Source: Candidatus Omnitrophota bacterium
GTDB taxonomy: Bacteria; Omnitrophota; Gorgyraeia; Aquiviventales; Aquiviventaceae
Direction of reading: 5' to 3'
Length of the DNA: 64,000 nucleotides
Assembly (NCBI GenBank): GCA_016180575.1
Contig: JACPAY010000002.1
Span: 27,235 to 91,234, forward strand
In this document: positions 37,316 through 47,888 of the stretch, piece by piece
How the letters are laid out: each line of letters starts with the position of its first letter
Position numbering within the stretch: the first letter of the stretch is position 1
Notes under the pieces: generated by a model
Seen by the model: only the letters and a program-made list of their open reading frames with translations
Database searches by the model: none
Told to the model about the DNA's origin: nothing
Translations under genes and position numbers: made by a program

Positions 37316-38114
37316 AGACCTCTCGGTGACCTACCACGGGCGCGGCGCTGACGTCCGCGCCGTCGACCGGGTCAGCCTGTCGGTAGAGCCCGGCGAGGTG
37401 GTGGCGGTCGTCGGAGAGTCCGGCTCGGGGAAGTCGACGCTCGCGCTCTCGCTCACCCGGCTCTTGCCGTCTCCGCCGGCTGAGCTGCGCGCCCGGCGCG
37501 TGCGCTTCGAGGGGGTGGACCTCCTGACCGCCTCGGAGCCGCAGCTCCAGCGCCTGCGGGGCGGCCGGATCGCCTACGTGTTCCAGGATCCCGCCACGTC
37601 GCTCAACCCGGTCCTGACCATCGGGGAGCAGCTCCGGGAGCCCATCGAGCGGCACACGGACCGGCGCGGGCATGACGCGGACACCGTGGCGCTGGACTGG
37701 CTCTCGCGCGTCGGCATCCCGTCCGCGCAGCGCCGCCTCGGCGCCTACCCGCACGAGTTCTCCGGCGGGATGCAGCAGCGCGTCATGATCGCGATGGCGA
37801 TGGCCTCGCACCCGCAGCTCCTCATCGCCGATGAGCCGACCTCGGCGCTCGACGTGACGGTCCAGGTCCAGATCCTGCGCCTGCTGCGCGACCTTCAGCG
37901 CCGGCTGGGCCTCTCGCTGCTCCTCATCTCCCACGACCTGCTCGTCGTGCAGCGCCTGGCGCATCGCACCGTGGTGCTCTCGCGCGGCGCCGTGGTGGAA
38001 TCCGGGCCGACCGAGCAGGTCCTGCAGCGGCCGGCGCACCCCTACACGAAGAGCCTGCTCGAGGCGCGCGCCTCGATGACCTGGCGGAGAGGGGAAGGCG
38101 GGCCGGATGGCTGA
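37296..38114 (+). CDS. ABC peptide transporter ATP-binding protein (OppD/DppD-like)
   Basis: Walker A GESGSGKST and signature LSGGMQQR. Confidence 0.85.
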   Translation: MALLDVEDLSVTYHGRGADVRAVDRVSLSVEPGEVVAVVGESGSGKSTLALSLTRLLPSPPAELRARRVRFEGVDLLTASEPQLQRLRGGRIAYVFQDPATSLNPVLTIGEQLREPIERHTDRRGHDADTVALDWLSRVGIPSAQRRLGAYPHEFSGGMQQRVMIAMAMASHPQLLIADEPTSALDVTVQVQILRLLRDLQRRLGLSLLLISHDLLVVQRLAHRTVVLSRGAVVESGPTEQVLQRPAHPYTKSLLEARASMTWRRGEGGPDG

Positions 38115-38922
38115 GCCGGTCCTGGCGGTCCGGTCGCTGACGAAATCGTTCCCCATCCACTGGGGATGGCTGCGCCGAGAGACCAGCCGCATCGAGGCGG
38201 TGCGGGAGGTGACCTGGTCGCTGGCCAAGGGGGAAACGCTCGGCCTGGTGGGGGAATCCGGGTGCGGCAAGTCCACGCTGGCGAAGCTGTGCGTGGGGCT
38301 GCTGGCGCCGACCGCCGGCGAGGTCCTGGTCGCGGGGGCGCGCCTCGCCGGGCTGCGGGGCGGAGCAGCCCGCGCGGCGCGCCGGATGATCCAGATGGTC
38401 TTTCAGGACCCCACCGGCAGCCTCAACCCGCGGATGACGGTTGGCGAGATGCTCGATGAGCCGCTGGTCATCCACCGCCTCGCGGCCGGCCGGGCCGCGC
38501 GCCGCCGGCGGGTGGCGGAGCTGCTGGAGACGGTGCAGCTGCCGGCAGGCTTCGCCCGCCGCCTGCCGAGGGAGCTGAGCGGGGGAGAGCGCCAGCGCGT
38601 CGGCATCGCCCGGGCGCTCGCCGTCGAGCCGGCGGCGCTGATCTTGGACGAGCCGGTGGCATCGCTCGATGTGTCGGTGGGCGCCAAGATCCTGGAGCTG
38701 CTGCGCGCGCTGCGCGCGCGCCTTGGCATGGCGGTGCTGTTCATCTCGCATGACCTCGGCATGGTGGCCTCGCTCTGCGAGCGGATGGCGGTCATGCGCG
38801 AGGGGCGCCTGGTGGAGCTTGCCCCGACCCAGCAGCTCCTGGCCCATCCGGCGCACCCCTATACCCAGCTCCTCATCCGCTCATCCGCGCTCGACCTCGA
38901 CGCCGACACGTCCCGTATCTGA
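38107..38922 (+). CDS. ABC peptide transporter ATP-binding protein (OppF/DppF-like)
   Basis: Walker A GESGCGKST and signature LSGGERQR. The stop TGA is inside the family-C arm. Confidence 0.85.
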   Translation: MAEPVLAVRSLTKSFPIHWGWLRRETSRIEAVREVTWSLAKGETLGLVGESGCGKSTLAKLCVGLLAPTAGEVLVAGARLAGLRGGAARAARRMIQMVFQDPTGSLNPRMTVGEMLDEPLVIHRLAAGRAARRRRVAELLETVQLPAGFARRLPRELSGGERQRVGIARALAVEPAALILDEPVASLDVSVGAKILELLRALRARLGMAVLFISHDLGMVASLCERMAVMREGRLVELAPTQQLLAHPAHPYTQLLIRSSALDLDADTSRI

Positions 38923-38971
38923 TACGGGTACGGGGCCTATGTTATAATGAAGCCCCGTATCAGATACGGGG
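38912..38971. repeat. Family-C REPIN-like element (CCCGTATCTGATACGGG ... CCCCGTATCAGATACGGGG) with an internal TTATAAT hairpin
   Basis: The left arm contains the oppF stop codon. The spacer carries TATAAT 26 nt upstream of the marC ATG. Confidence 0.8.
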
Positions 38972-38974
38972 ACG

Positions 38975-39553
38975 ATGGAACAGTTCTGGCATGCGTTCAT
39001 CCCCCTGTTCGTGGCGTTTGACGCCGTGGGGCTGCTGCCGCTCTTCTGGGGGCTGGCCCACCGTCTGAGGCCCAGCGAGCGCAGAAGGGCGGTGACCGAG
39101 GCGGCCGCCACCGCGCTCCTCGTGGGGCTGGGGTTTCTCCTCGTCAGCCGCTTCGTCTTCGCGCTGATGGGGCTCGAGCTCGCCGACGTCATGGTCGCCG
39201 GCGGGGCCATCCTCATCGTCCTCTCGCTGCGGGACCTGCTGCTCCCGGGCCCGCCGCCCCAGGAGACGCTCCAGAGCCCCGGGGTGGTGCCGCTGGGGGT
39301 CCCGCTGCTCGCGGGGCCGGCGGTCCTGACGACGCTGCTGCTGGTCAGGGACCGGCACGGCTGGGTGGTCACCCTTGCCGCGCTCCTCGCGAACATGGCG
39401 GTGGTGTGGATCGTGCTGCGCGGCGCCGAGGGGCTGATGCGGCGGCTCGGCCAGGACGGGGCGCAGGTCATCTCGAAGATTGCGAGCCTGATCCTCACCG
39501 CGTACGGGGTCATGCTGATCCGGCACGGCCTGGCCGTGTTCGTGACGAGATAG
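38975..39553 (+). CDS. MarC family integral membrane protein
   Basis: MEQFWHAFIPLFVAFDAVGLLPLF is a typical MarC N-terminus. Confidence 0.8.
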   Translation: MEQFWHAFIPLFVAFDAVGLLPLFWGLAHRLRPSERRRAVTEAAATALLVGLGFLLVSRFVFALMGLELADVMVAGGAILIVLSLRDLLLPGPPPQETLQSPGVVPLGVPLLAGPAVLTTLLLVRDRHGWVVTLAALLANMAVVWIVLRGAEGLMRRLGQDGAQVISKIASLILTAYGVMLIRHGLAVFVTR

Positions 39554-39565
39554 GGGCGCGCAATC

Positions 39566-40816
39566 ATGCGGCGTGTCGTGACGTTCATCATGGCGGGGGG
39601 CAAGGGGGAGCGGCTGCTGCCGCTCACGAAGGACCGCGCCAAGCCGGCGGTGCCGTTCGGCGGGACCTACCGGATCATCGACTTCACCCTGTCCAACTGC
39701 ATCAACTCAGGGATCCGGACGATCCACGTCCTCACCCAATACAAGTCCATCTCGCTCCAGCGCCACCTGCAGATGGGGTGGAATGTCTTCAACAGCGAGC
39801 TGGGCGAGTACATCGACGTGATGCCGGCGCAGCAGCGCACCGGGGAGCACTGGTACCTGGGCACGGCCGATGCCGTGTACCAGAACCTCCATGTCCTGGC
39901 GCATGAGCGGCCGGACCAGGTCCTCATCCTGGCGGGCGACCACGTCTACAAGATGAACTACGCCGACATGGTCGCGTTCCACCAGGCCCAGCGGGCCGCC
40001 GTCACCGTTGGGGTGATCGAAATGGAGCAGGAGCGCGCGAGGGGCTTCGGCATCGTCGAGGTGGACGCGCAGGAGCGGATCAGCGGGTTCGAGGAGAAGC
40101 CGGCGCGGCCCAAGACGATCCCCGGACGAGCGGGGCGGTGCTACGTGTCGATGGGCATCTACCTCTTCAACCGGCCCCTGCTGGACGAGGTCCTGGACGA
40201 GGACGCGCGGCGCGCGGACAGCACCCACGATTTCGGCCGGGACGTGATCCCGAGGATCGCGCGCAGCGTCCGCGTCATGGCCTACACCTTCCGGGATGAG
40301 GCCAGCCAGGAGCCCCGGTACTGGCGGGACATCGGGACCCTCGACGCGTACTATGAGGCCAACATGGACCTGGTGCAGGTGACGCCGCAGTTCAACCTGT
40401 ACGACCGGGATTGGCCGATCCGGACCTATCACGAGCAGTGGCCGCCCGCGAAGACGGTCTTCGCCGACGAGGCGACGGGCCGGGTGGGGAAGGTGCTGGA
40501 CTCGCTCGTCTCCAACGGCTGCATCATCAGCGGCGGCCGGGTCGAGCGCAGCGTGCTCTCCCCGGACGTGCGCGTCAACAGCTTCGCCCAGGTCGAGGAC
40601 GCGATCCTGATGGAGCACGTGGAGGTGGGGCGCTACGCCAAGATCCGGCGCGCCATCGTCGACAAGGACGTCGTGATCCCGCGCTACGCGGAGATCGGCT
40701 ACAACCTGGAGGAGGACCGGCGGCGCTTCACGGTGACCGAGTCCGGGATCGTTGTCGTCGGCAAGGGGACGGTCATCGACGAGCCGCGGCCCGCCGTGTC
40801 GCTCGCGGGGACCTGA
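39566..40816 (+). CDS. glgC: Glucose-1-phosphate adenylyltransferase
   Basis: Motifs [14 protein letters not shown] and YLGTADAV. C-terminal LbH domain. Confidence 0.9.
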   Translation: MRRVVTFIMAGGKGERLLPLTKDRAKPAVPFGGTYRIIDFTLSNCINSGIRTIHVLTQYKSISLQRHLQMGWNVFNSELGEYIDVMPAQQRTGEHWYLGTADAVYQNLHVLAHERPDQVLILAGDHVYKMNYADMVAFHQAQRAAVTVGVIEMEQERARGFGIVEVDAQERISGFEEKPARPKTIPGRAGRCYVSMGIYLFNRPLLDEVLDEDARRADSTHDFGRDVIPRIARSVRVMAYTFRDEASQEPRYWRDIGTLDAYYEANMDLVQVTPQFNLYDRDWPIRTYHEQWPPAKTVFADEATGRVGKVLDSLVSNGCIISGGRVERSVLSPDVRVNSFAQVEDAILMEHVEVGRYAKIRRAIVDKDVVIPRYAEIGYNLEEDRRRFTVTESGIVVVGKGTVIDEPRPAVSLAGT

Positions 40817-40818
40817 CG

Positions 40819-41634
40819 ATGGATGAGCTGCGGATCGGGGAGCGCGCCTTTTCATCGCGGCTGATCGTGGGGACGGGGAAGTACGCGAGCTTCCCGCTGA
40901 TGCGGGACGCCATCGAGGCCTCCGGCGCCCAGGTCGTGACCGTCGCCGTGCGCCGCATCAACCTCGACCGGCCCAAGGAGGAGGGCCTCCTGGATTACCT
41001 GGATCGCTCCCGGCTCACCATCCTGCCCAACACGGCGGGCTGCTACACGGCGGAGGAGGCCATCCGCACCGCGCGCCTGGGCCGCGAGGCGGGGCTCTCC
41101 AACCTGGTCAAGCTCGAGGTGATCGGCGACCGGACGACGCTGCTGCCGGATACCGAGGCACTCCTCGAGGCGACCCGCGCGCTGGTCCGCGAGGGGTTCA
41201 TCGTCATGCCCTACACCAACGACGACCCGATCATGGCGAGGAAGCTCCAGGACGCCGGCGCCGCGTGCGTGATGCCGCTCGCAGCACCCATCGGCTCGGG
41301 CCAGGGCATCCTCAACCCGCTGAACATCCGGTTCATCCTCGAGGCCGTTTCGGTGCCGGTGATCGTCGATGCCGGCGTCGGGACCGCCTCGGATGCCTCG
41401 GTCGCGATGGAGCTCGGCGCGGACGGCGTGCTCATGAACACCGCCATCGCCGGAGCGCGGGACCCGGTCAAGATGGCGCGGGCGATGCGCCTGGCGGTGG
41501 AGGCGGGGCGCCTGGCCTATGAGGCCGGGAGGATCGCGAAGAGGCCGCACGCCGCCGCCTCCAGCCCGCCGGAGGGCCGGGTGGCGCCCGCCCCGCCGGC
41601 GGCGGGGCCCGCGCGCGAGCCGGTCCGCTCATGA
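40819..41634 (+). CDS. thiG: Thiazole synthase
   Basis: Motifs [16 protein letters not shown] and [12 protein letters not shown]. Confidence 0.85.
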   Translation: MDELRIGERAFSSRLIVGTGKYASFPLMRDAIEASGAQVVTVAVRRINLDRPKEEGLLDYLDRSRLTILPNTAGCYTAEEAIRTARLGREAGLSNLVKLEVIGDRTTLLPDTEALLEATRALVREGFIVMPYTNDDPIMARKLQDAGAACVMPLAAPIGSGQGILNPLNIRFILEAVSVPVIVDAGVGTASDASVAMELGADGVLMNTAIAGARDPVKMARAMRLAVEAGRLAYEAGRIAKRPHAAASSPPEGRVAPAPPAAGPAREPVRS

Positions 41635-44600
41635 GCGCGCTACAGCGCGAGACGGCCGCGGTGCTGCGGAACGTCCACCTCTGCTACTTCCTCTCCGGGG
41701 CGCTCGGCCTGGCCTATCAGATCCTCTGGCTGCGCAAGCTCCTCCTGGTATTCGGCAGCACGGTGCATGCCGTGAGCACCGTGCTCACCGTCTTTTTCGG
41801 CGGCCTGGCGCTGGGCAGCTGGCTGTTCGGCCGGCTCATCGACCGGCCGCGGTGGACGGGGACCGGCCTGCGCTGGTACGCGGCCCTGGAGGTCGGGGTC
41901 GGCCTCTGCGCGTTCGCCACGCTGCCGCTCTTCGAGGCGATGCAGCGCCTGTATCTCCCGGCGTATCAGGCGTCGGGGTTCTCCCCGGCGATCCTCATGG
42001 GCGGCGCGTTTGTCTGCTCGGCCGCCATCCTGCTTGTGCCCACGACGCTGCTGGGCGGGACGTTCCCCGTGCTGAGCCGGTTCCTCATCCGGTCAAGCGA
42101 AGGGCGCGGCCCCGCCATCGCCACGCTGTACGCGGTGAACACGGCCGGCGCGATGGCCGGCACCCTGCTGGTGTACTTCGTGGGCCTGCCGGTCCTGGGG
42201 ATGTTCCGCACCCTGTTATGCGCGGGCATCCTGAACGTAGGGATCGGGCTGCTGTGTCTCGCCTTTGACCGCCATCTGGCGACCCTCGGCTGGACGGCGC
42301 CGCGCGCGGCGGACACGTCCCCCGCCGCGCGACCGAGCCCAGCAGGCGAGGGAGTCCCGAGCGAGCGCAAGCGAGTCGAGGGGCCGCCCCGGCAGCCGCT
42401 CGGGCCCCTCCGCTGGGTGTTCGCGGCCTTCGCGCTCTCAGGCTTTTCGGCGATGGTCTATGAGGTGGCCTGGACGCGCGCCCTGAGCCTGGTCCTCGGC
42501 AGCTCCACCTACGCGTTCTGCCTCATGCTGGCGACGTTCCTCGGCGGCATCGCCCTGGGCAGCGCCCTGGCGCGACGGGACCTGCGCGCGCGGCCCGCCA
42601 CCGTGAAGCTGTTCATCGATCTGGAGCTGTGGCTGGGCGGCTATGGCCTGCTCTCGGTGTGGCTGTTCAGCCAGCTGCCGTCCGTGTTTCTCTCCCTGTG
42701 GCCGGCGGCGGGGCGGACGTTCGCGGGCCTGTTGTGGCTGCAGGCGACGCTGAGCGCGCTCGCGATGCTGACGCCCACCCTGATGCTGGGCGTGCTGTTC
42801 CCGCTGGTGAGCGACCTCGTGACCACGCGGTTCGGCCAGTTCGGCGAGCGGCTCGGGGCCGCCTATGCCGTCAACACGGCGGGGGGGATCCTCGGGTCGT
42901 TCCTGGCCGGGTTTGCGCTGATCCCGTGGCTCGGGCTCCCGGGGGCGATCGTCGCGGCGGCCCTGGTCAACCTGCTCGCGGCGGCGGTCCTCTACGTCCG
43001 GTTCGAGCCGCAGCGCGCGCTGCCGGTGCGCCTGGGCCTCGCGGCGCTCCTGCTGGCGCAGGCCGCGTGGCTGGGCGCCGCGGCGGTCGTCCCCGCCTGG
43101 CAGCGGCAGGCCTTCGCCGCGGGCGTGTACATGTATGCCGATAGGCTCCAGCCGGCATCGGTCGAAGAGGGGGCGGGCGCCAAGCTGCTCTACTACCGGG
43201 ACGGCCTCAATACGACGGTCAGCGTCCACCAGACCAGCGACACGACCTTCCTCCGGGTCGGGGGGAAGACGGATGCGTCCAATGGCCGCGACATGGGGAC
43301 CCAGGTGCTGGCTGCGCACGTCCCACTTCTGATGCACGCGGACCCGCAGCGCGTGCTCGTCATCGGGTTGGGGAGCGGGGTGACGCTCGGCCACGCGGCG
43401 CGCCATCCGGTGTCGCTCGTCCACTGCGCGGAGATCGAGCCGGCGGTCATCGAGGCCGCGCGGTACTTCAAGAAGGAAAACTACGGCGTCCACGAGGATC
43501 CCAAGGTGCGGATCATCGCCGCGGACGGCCGCAACTTCCTGCGGGCGACGCGCGAGGCGTACGACGTCATCATCTCAGAGCCGTCCAACCCATGGATGAC
43601 GGGGGTGGCCGCGCTGTTCACGGAGGAGTTCTACGAGCTGGCGAAGGCGCGCCTCGCGCCGGACGGCATCATGTGCCAATGGCTCCAGCTCTACGGGCTC
43701 TTCCCGAACGACGTGAAGCTGATGCTGAAGACCTTTCACGAGGCGTTCCCGCACGTGTCGGTGTGGTCCTCGGCGCCGGGCGACCTGCTCCTCATCGGCT
43801 CGATGGCGTCCCAGCGGCTCGACCACCAGCGGCTCTCGGCGCGCATGGCCGCGCCAGCGGTCCACGACAGCCTGGCGGTCGTCCATGCCGAGCGGCCCAA
43901 CATGCTCCTCCAGCTCTTCTGGTTTGGGACGCGCGAGGTGGAGGCGCTGACGGCGGACATCACGTGGGTCCATGAAGATGACCAGCCTTCCGTGGAGTTC
44001 AACGCGCCCAAGTCGCTCTACGCTCGCGACGCCTTCAGGATCAACAGCGAGGGGCTGAAGCGGTTCGCGGGCCGTCCCCGCGCGATCGCGCTCGACTACG
44101 CTCCGGAGGAAGATGCCGAGTTTTACCGGGCGCTGGCGCGGCTGCGGCGGTTCCGCGACGAGCGGGAGGAAGGGATGGCGGCGCTGGAGCGGGCGGTGGA
44201 GCTGGACCCGTCTTCCGGCGACACGTGGAGGCAATTGGGGACATTGGCGCTCGAGCGCCACCAGCCGTTGAGGGCGCAGGAGGCCTGGCTGCGCGCCATC
44301 GAAGCGGACCCGGCAGACGCCGAGGCGCATCGCCTCCTGGCGAGGCTCTCCCGGCAGCAGGGCCAGCGCGAGGAGGCGCAGGCGTGGTACCGCCGCGCCG
44401 CCGCCATCGCGCGCCCCGACGGGATGTTCGCCGCCGAGCTGGGGGACGTGCTGCGCGAGGCCGGCGAGCTGCCGCTGGCGGTCGAATGCTACCGCTCCGC
44501 CATGTCGCTCGGGGGAGGGGATCGGCCGCCGTTCCTGCTGGCGTATGGCCGCGCGCTGCGGGACCTGCGCGCATGGGAGGAGGGGGAGTGGATTGCGGCG

Positions 44601-44870
44601 TTTGCGATGCGCCAGTTTCCATCGGACGGCGCATTTCCGCTGCTCTTGGGCGAGACGCTGCTGGCGCAGGAGCGGTGGCGGGACGCCGAGCCGCTGCTGG
44701 CCCGGGCCGCGGAGCTCGATCCGCGGAGCGCAGAGGCGTATAGCGGGCTGGGACGCGCGGCGCTGGGACAGGGCGCGCGCGCGGAGGCCGCCCGGTGGTT
44801 CGAGCGCGCCCTGGCCCAGGATCCGTACCATCGCAGGGCCGCGCAGGGGCTCTACGACGCGTTGAACTGA
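41631..44870 (+). CDS. Giant membrane-anchored spermidine-synthase-like protein with a C-terminal TPR array
   Basis: The N-terminal half is polytopic (MFS-like). The core is a spermine/spermidine-synthase fold ([10 protein letters not shown]...ISEPSNPW). The C-terminus has multiple TPR-like repeats. Length 1079 aa. Confidence 0.65.
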   Translation: MSALQRETAAVLRNVHLCYFLSGALGLAYQILWLRKLLLVFGSTVHAVSTVLTVFFGGLALGSWLFGRLIDRPRWTGTGLRWYAALEVGVGLCAFATLPLFEAMQRLYLPAYQASGFSPAILMGGAFVCSAAILLVPTTLLGGTFPVLSRFLIRSSEGRGPAIATLYAVNTAGAMAGTLLVYFVGLPVLGMFRTLLCAGILNVGIGLLCLAFDRHLATLGWTAPRAADTSPAARPSPAGEGVPSERKRVEGPPRQPLGPLRWVFAAFALSGFSAMVYEVAWTRALSLVLGSSTYAFCLMLATFLGGIALGSALARRDLRARPATVKLFIDLELWLGGYGLLSVWLFSQLPSVFLSLWPAAGRTFAGLLWLQATLSALAMLTPTLMLGVLFPLVSDLVTTRFGQFGERLGAAYAVNTAGGILGSFLAGFALIPWLGLPGAIVAAALVNLLAAAVLYVRFEPQRALPVRLGLAALLLAQAAWLGAAAVVPAWQRQAFAAGVYMYADRLQPASVEEGAGAKLLYYRDGLNTTVSVHQTSDTTFLRVGGKTDASNGRDMGTQVLAAHVPLLMHADPQRVLVIGLGSGVTLGHAARHPVSLVHCAEIEPAVIEAARYFKKENYGVHEDPKVRIIAADGRNFLRATREAYDVIISEPSNPWMTGVAALFTEEFYELAKARLAPDGIMCQWLQLYGLFPNDVKLMLKTFHEAFPHVSVWSSAPGDLLLIGSMASQRLDHQRLSARMAAPAVHDSLAVVHAERPNMLLQLFWFGTREVEALTADITWVHEDDQPSVEFNAPKSLYARDAFRINSEGLKRFAGRPRAIALDYAPEEDAEFYRALARLRRFRDEREEGMAALERAVELDPSSGDTWRQLGTLALERHQPLRAQEAWLRAIEADPADAEAHRLLARLSRQQGQREEAQAWYRRAAAIARPDGMFAAELGDVLREAGELPLAVECYRSAMSLGGGDRPPFLLAYGRALRDLRAWEEGEWIAAFAMRQFPSDGAFPLLLGETLLAQERWRDAEPLLARAAELDPRSAEAYSGLGRAALGQGARAEAARWFERALAQDPYHRRAAQGLYDALN

Positions 44871-44896
44871 CCATCCACCAGGCGAGGGGTGCGCGC

Positions 44897-45997
44897 ATGA
44901 CGACAGGAACGACGAAGCGACCCGCGGCGGCCCGCACCGCGACGCGGACCTATCAGGTGGCGGTGATCCCGGGCGACGGCACCGGCCCCGAGGTGATCCG
45001 CGAAGGGCGCAAGGTCCTGGACGCCGCGGCCGGTCGGGGCGGATTCCGGGTCGACTGGCGCGCCTATGACATCGGCGGCGCGCGGTACCTCAAGACGGGC
45101 GAGGCGCTGCCGTCCGCCGTGCTCAAGGAGCTGCGCGAGGCGGACGCCATCTATCTTGGCGCCATCGGCCATCCGGACGTCAAGCCGGGCATCCTGGAGC
45201 AGGGGATCCTGCTCCGGATCCGCTTCGAGCTGGACCAGTACATCAACCTGCGCCCCGTGAAGCTCTATCCCGGGGTGTGGACGCCGCTCAAGGACAAGGG
45301 GCCCGAGCACATCGACTTCATCGTGGTGCGGGAGAACACGGAGGGGCTCTACGCCGGGGTCGGGGGGTTCCTGCGCAAGGGGACGCCCGAGGAGGTCGCG
45401 CTCCAGACGTCGGTCAACACGCGGCGCGGGGTGGAGCGGTGCATCCGGTTCGCCTTCGACCTCACGCGGAAGCGGGGAAAGAGCAAGAAGCTCACGCTGT
45501 GCGGCAAGACCAACGTCCTGACCTACGCGCATGACCTGTGGCAGCGCGCCTTCAACGAGGTCGCCGCGGAGTACCCGGACGTCCGGACCGACTACACGCA
45601 CGTGGACGCCTGCTGCATGTGGATGGTGAAGAACCCGGAGTGGTTCGACGCCATCGTGACGGACAACATGTTCGGCGACATCATCACGGACCTCGGCGCC
45701 ATGATCCAGGGCGGGATGGGGATCGCGGCGGGCGGCAACCTCAACCCCGGGGGGGTCTCCATGTTCGAGCCCATCGGGGGCTCGGCGCCGAAGTACACCG
45801 GCAAGGGGGTCATCAATCCGCTCGCCGCCATCTGCGCGGGCGGCATGATGCTGGAGCAGCTGGGCGAGCCCCAGGCCGGGCGGGCCGTGGAGCAGGCGGT
45901 CATGCAGGTGACCCCGCGGCTGAAGAGCCTCGCGGCCGGCAAGATGGGGTTTTCGACCTCGGAAGTTGGCGACCTTGTGGTCGAAGCTTTGCGATGA
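44897..45997 (+). CDS. Isocitrate/isopropylmalate dehydrogenase family enzyme (tartrate-dehydrogenase TtuC-like)
   Basis: Motifs VIPGDGTGPEV, LDQYINLRPVKLYPGV and IVRENTEGLYAG. Confidence 0.8.
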   Translation: MTTGTTKRPAAARTATRTYQVAVIPGDGTGPEVIREGRKVLDAAAGRGGFRVDWRAYDIGGARYLKTGEALPSAVLKELREADAIYLGAIGHPDVKPGILEQGILLRIRFELDQYINLRPVKLYPGVWTPLKDKGPEHIDFIVVRENTEGLYAGVGGFLRKGTPEEVALQTSVNTRRGVERCIRFAFDLTRKRGKSKKLTLCGKTNVLTYAHDLWQRAFNEVAAEYPDVRTDYTHVDACCMWMVKNPEWFDAIVTDNMFGDIITDLGAMIQGGMGIAAGGNLNPGGVSMFEPIGGSAPKYTGKGVINPLAAICAGGMMLEQLGEPQAGRAVEQAVMQVTPRLKSLAAGKMGFSTSEVGDLVVEALR

Positions 45998-47112
45998 AGA
46001 GACGCTATAACGTCGCCGTCGTCGGCGCCACGGGCGCCGTCGGCACGGAGATGCTCCGGGTGCTTGCGGAGCGCCGGTTCCCCGTGAACCGGCTCCGGGT
46101 CCTGGCGTCCGCCCGCTCGGCGGGCCGGCGCGTGCCGTTCAACGGCGCCACGCACGCGGTGGAGGAACTGCGCGGGCGGTCATTCGACGGGATCGACTTA
46201 GCGCTCTTCAGCGCCGGGGCGACGCGGAGCCTCGAGTTTGCGCCCGAGGCGGTCCGGCGGGGCGCGGTGGTCGTCGACAACTCCAGCGCCTTCCGCATGG
46301 CGCCGAACGTGCCGCTCATCGTGCCCGAGGTCAACCCCGAGGCGCTGTCGGGTCACCGCGGGCTCATCGCCAACCCCAACTGCTCCACCATCATCATGCT
46401 GGTGCCATTGGCCCCGCTGCACCGGGCAGCAGCCCTGCGGCGCATCGTCGTGGCGACCTACCAGTCGGTGTCGGGCGCGGGCGCCAAAGCCATGTGGCAA
46501 CTCCTCAACGAGACAAAAAAGGCCCTGAGACATTACGAGGCTAGGGGCTCAGGGCTAGGGGCTCAGGGCAAAAGCCCCAAAGGGTTTTCAATGAAGCAAC
46601 TCCTTGCTCGGCCCATAGCCCATAGCCCACAGCCCAGGGTCTTGCCCGCGCAGATCGCCTTCAACGTCATCCCGCAGGTGGACGTCTTCCTCGACAACCG
46701 CTCCACCAGGGAAGAGTTGAAGATGGTGAACGAGACCCGCAAGATCCTCGGCGAACCGCGCCTGCCGGTCTCCGCCACGTGCGTCCGCGTGCCGGTCTTC
46801 GTCTCGCATTCGGAGGCGGTGTGGATCGAGACCGAGCGGCCGCTCTCACGCGCGCGGGCGGCCGCGCTCCTGCGCCGCGCGCCGGGGGTGAAGCTGATCG
46901 ACGACCCCGGCCGGGGGGCCTACCCGCTGCCGATCCAGGCAGCCGGGCAGGACGACGTGCTCGTCGGCCGCCTCCGGCGGGATGAGTCGGTGGCGCACGG
47001 GCTCGCCCTCTGGATCAGCGGCGATAACCTCCGCAAAGGGGCGGCGACCAACGCCGTCCAGATCGCCGAGCTACTTACCGGTATCAGATACCGAACTCGC
47101 TTTGGTATCTGA
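45994..47112 (+). CDS. asd: Aspartate-semialdehyde dehydrogenase, with an in-frame repeat insertion and a repeat-encoded C-terminus
   Basis: Motifs VAVVGATGAVG and NPNCSTI (active-site Cys). IAFNVIPQVD. Stop inside the family-C arm. Confidence 0.85.
   Translation: MKRRYNVAVVGATGAVGTEMLRVLAERRFPVNRLRVLASARSAGRRVPFNGATHAVEELRGRSFDGIDLALFSAGATRSLEFAPEAVRRGAVVVDNSSAFRMAPNVPLIVPEVNPEALSGHRGLIANPNCSTIIMLVPLAPLHRAAALRRIVVATYQSVSGAGAKAMWQLLNETKKALRHYEARGSGLGAQGKSPKGFSMKQLLARPIAHSPQPRVLPAQIAFNVIPQVDVFLDNRSTREELKMVNETRKILGEPRLPVSATCVRVPVFVSHSEAVWIETERPLSRARAAALLRRAPGVKLIDDPGRGAYPLPIQAAGQDDVLVGRLRRDESVAHGLALWISGDNLRKGAATNAVQIAELLTGIRYRTRFGI
46537..46640. repeat. Palindromic heptamer-array element inserted in-frame in asd (GGGGCTCAGGGCTAGGGGCTCAGGGC ... 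GCCCATAGCCCATAGCCCACAGCCC)
   Basis: The arms are imperfect reverse complements built from the 7-mer GGGCT[C/A][A/G]. The centre is AT-richer. It adds about 25 aa (ARGSGLGAQGKSPKGFSMKQLLARPIAHSPQPR) between conserved Asd blocks. Confidence 0.65.
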
Positions 47113-47118
47113 TACCGG
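47078..47118. repeat. Family-C REPIN-like element (CCGGTATCAGATACC ... GGTATCTGATACCGG)
   Basis: It encodes the last 12 aa and the stop of asd (TGIRYRTRFGI*). Confidence 0.8.
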
Positions 47119-47123
47119 GACTG

Positions 47124-47888
47124 ATGCGGACGCTCAAGCTGACCGTCGCCTACGACGGGACGCGCTACGCCGGCTGGCAGGCGCAGCGTCGAAGCCGCAC
47201 GGGCGGCAAGCCGACGATCCAGGAGACACTGGAGCGGGCGCTGCGCCGGATCCTGCGGGAGCCGGTGCGGGTCGTCGGCAGCGGCCGGACAGACGCCGGC
47301 GTCCACGCCGAATCACAGGTCGCCCACCTCCGGACGCGCACGACCCTCCCCGTCGCCGGGCTGCTGCGCGGCGTCAACGCCTTGCTGCCGGCCGACCTGG
47401 CCGTGACGCGCATCGAAGAGGTCCGCGGCTCGTTCCATGCCCGGTTCGGGGCGTCTCGCAAGCGATACCGCTACCGCCTCTTCACCGGTCCGGTGGCGCC
47501 CCCGTTCATCCGGCCCTACGTCCATCACGTCCGCGCCCCCCTGAACGTCGCCCTGATGCGGCGGGAGGCGGCGGCCCTGCGCGGTACGCACGACTTCAAG
47601 GCCTTCGCCCGCGCCGCAGCGGTCCCGCGCGGCACGACCCGCCGGACCATCACGGACATCCAGGTGCGCAGACGCGGCGGCGAGTTGCAGGTTGACGTCG
47701 AGGGCAATGGGTTCCTCCACACGATGGTCCGCACGATCGCTGGCACGCTGATCGACGTCGGGCGGGGCCGCCTGCCGCCCGGGACGGTGCGCCGCATGCT
47801 GCGCACCGGCTCGCGGTCGCTCGCCGGCACGGTGGCGCCGGCGCAGGGGCTCACACTGCGCGCCGTGACCTATCGGGACGCCCCCTGA
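47124..47888 (+). CDS. truA: tRNA pseudouridine(38-40) synthase
   Basis: Motifs KLTVAYDGTRYAGWQ and VVGSGRTDAGVHA. Confidence 0.85.
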   Translation: MRTLKLTVAYDGTRYAGWQAQRRSRTGGKPTIQETLERALRRILREPVRVVGSGRTDAGVHAESQVAHLRTRTTLPVAGLLRGVNALLPADLAVTRIEEVRGSFHARFGASRKRYRYRLFTGPVAPPFIRPYVHHVRAPLNVALMRREAAALRGTHDFKAFARAAAVPRGTTRRTITDIQVRRRGGELQVDVEGNGFLHTMVRTIAGTLIDVGRGRLPPGTVRRMLRTGSRSLAGTVAPAQGLTLRAVTYRDAP

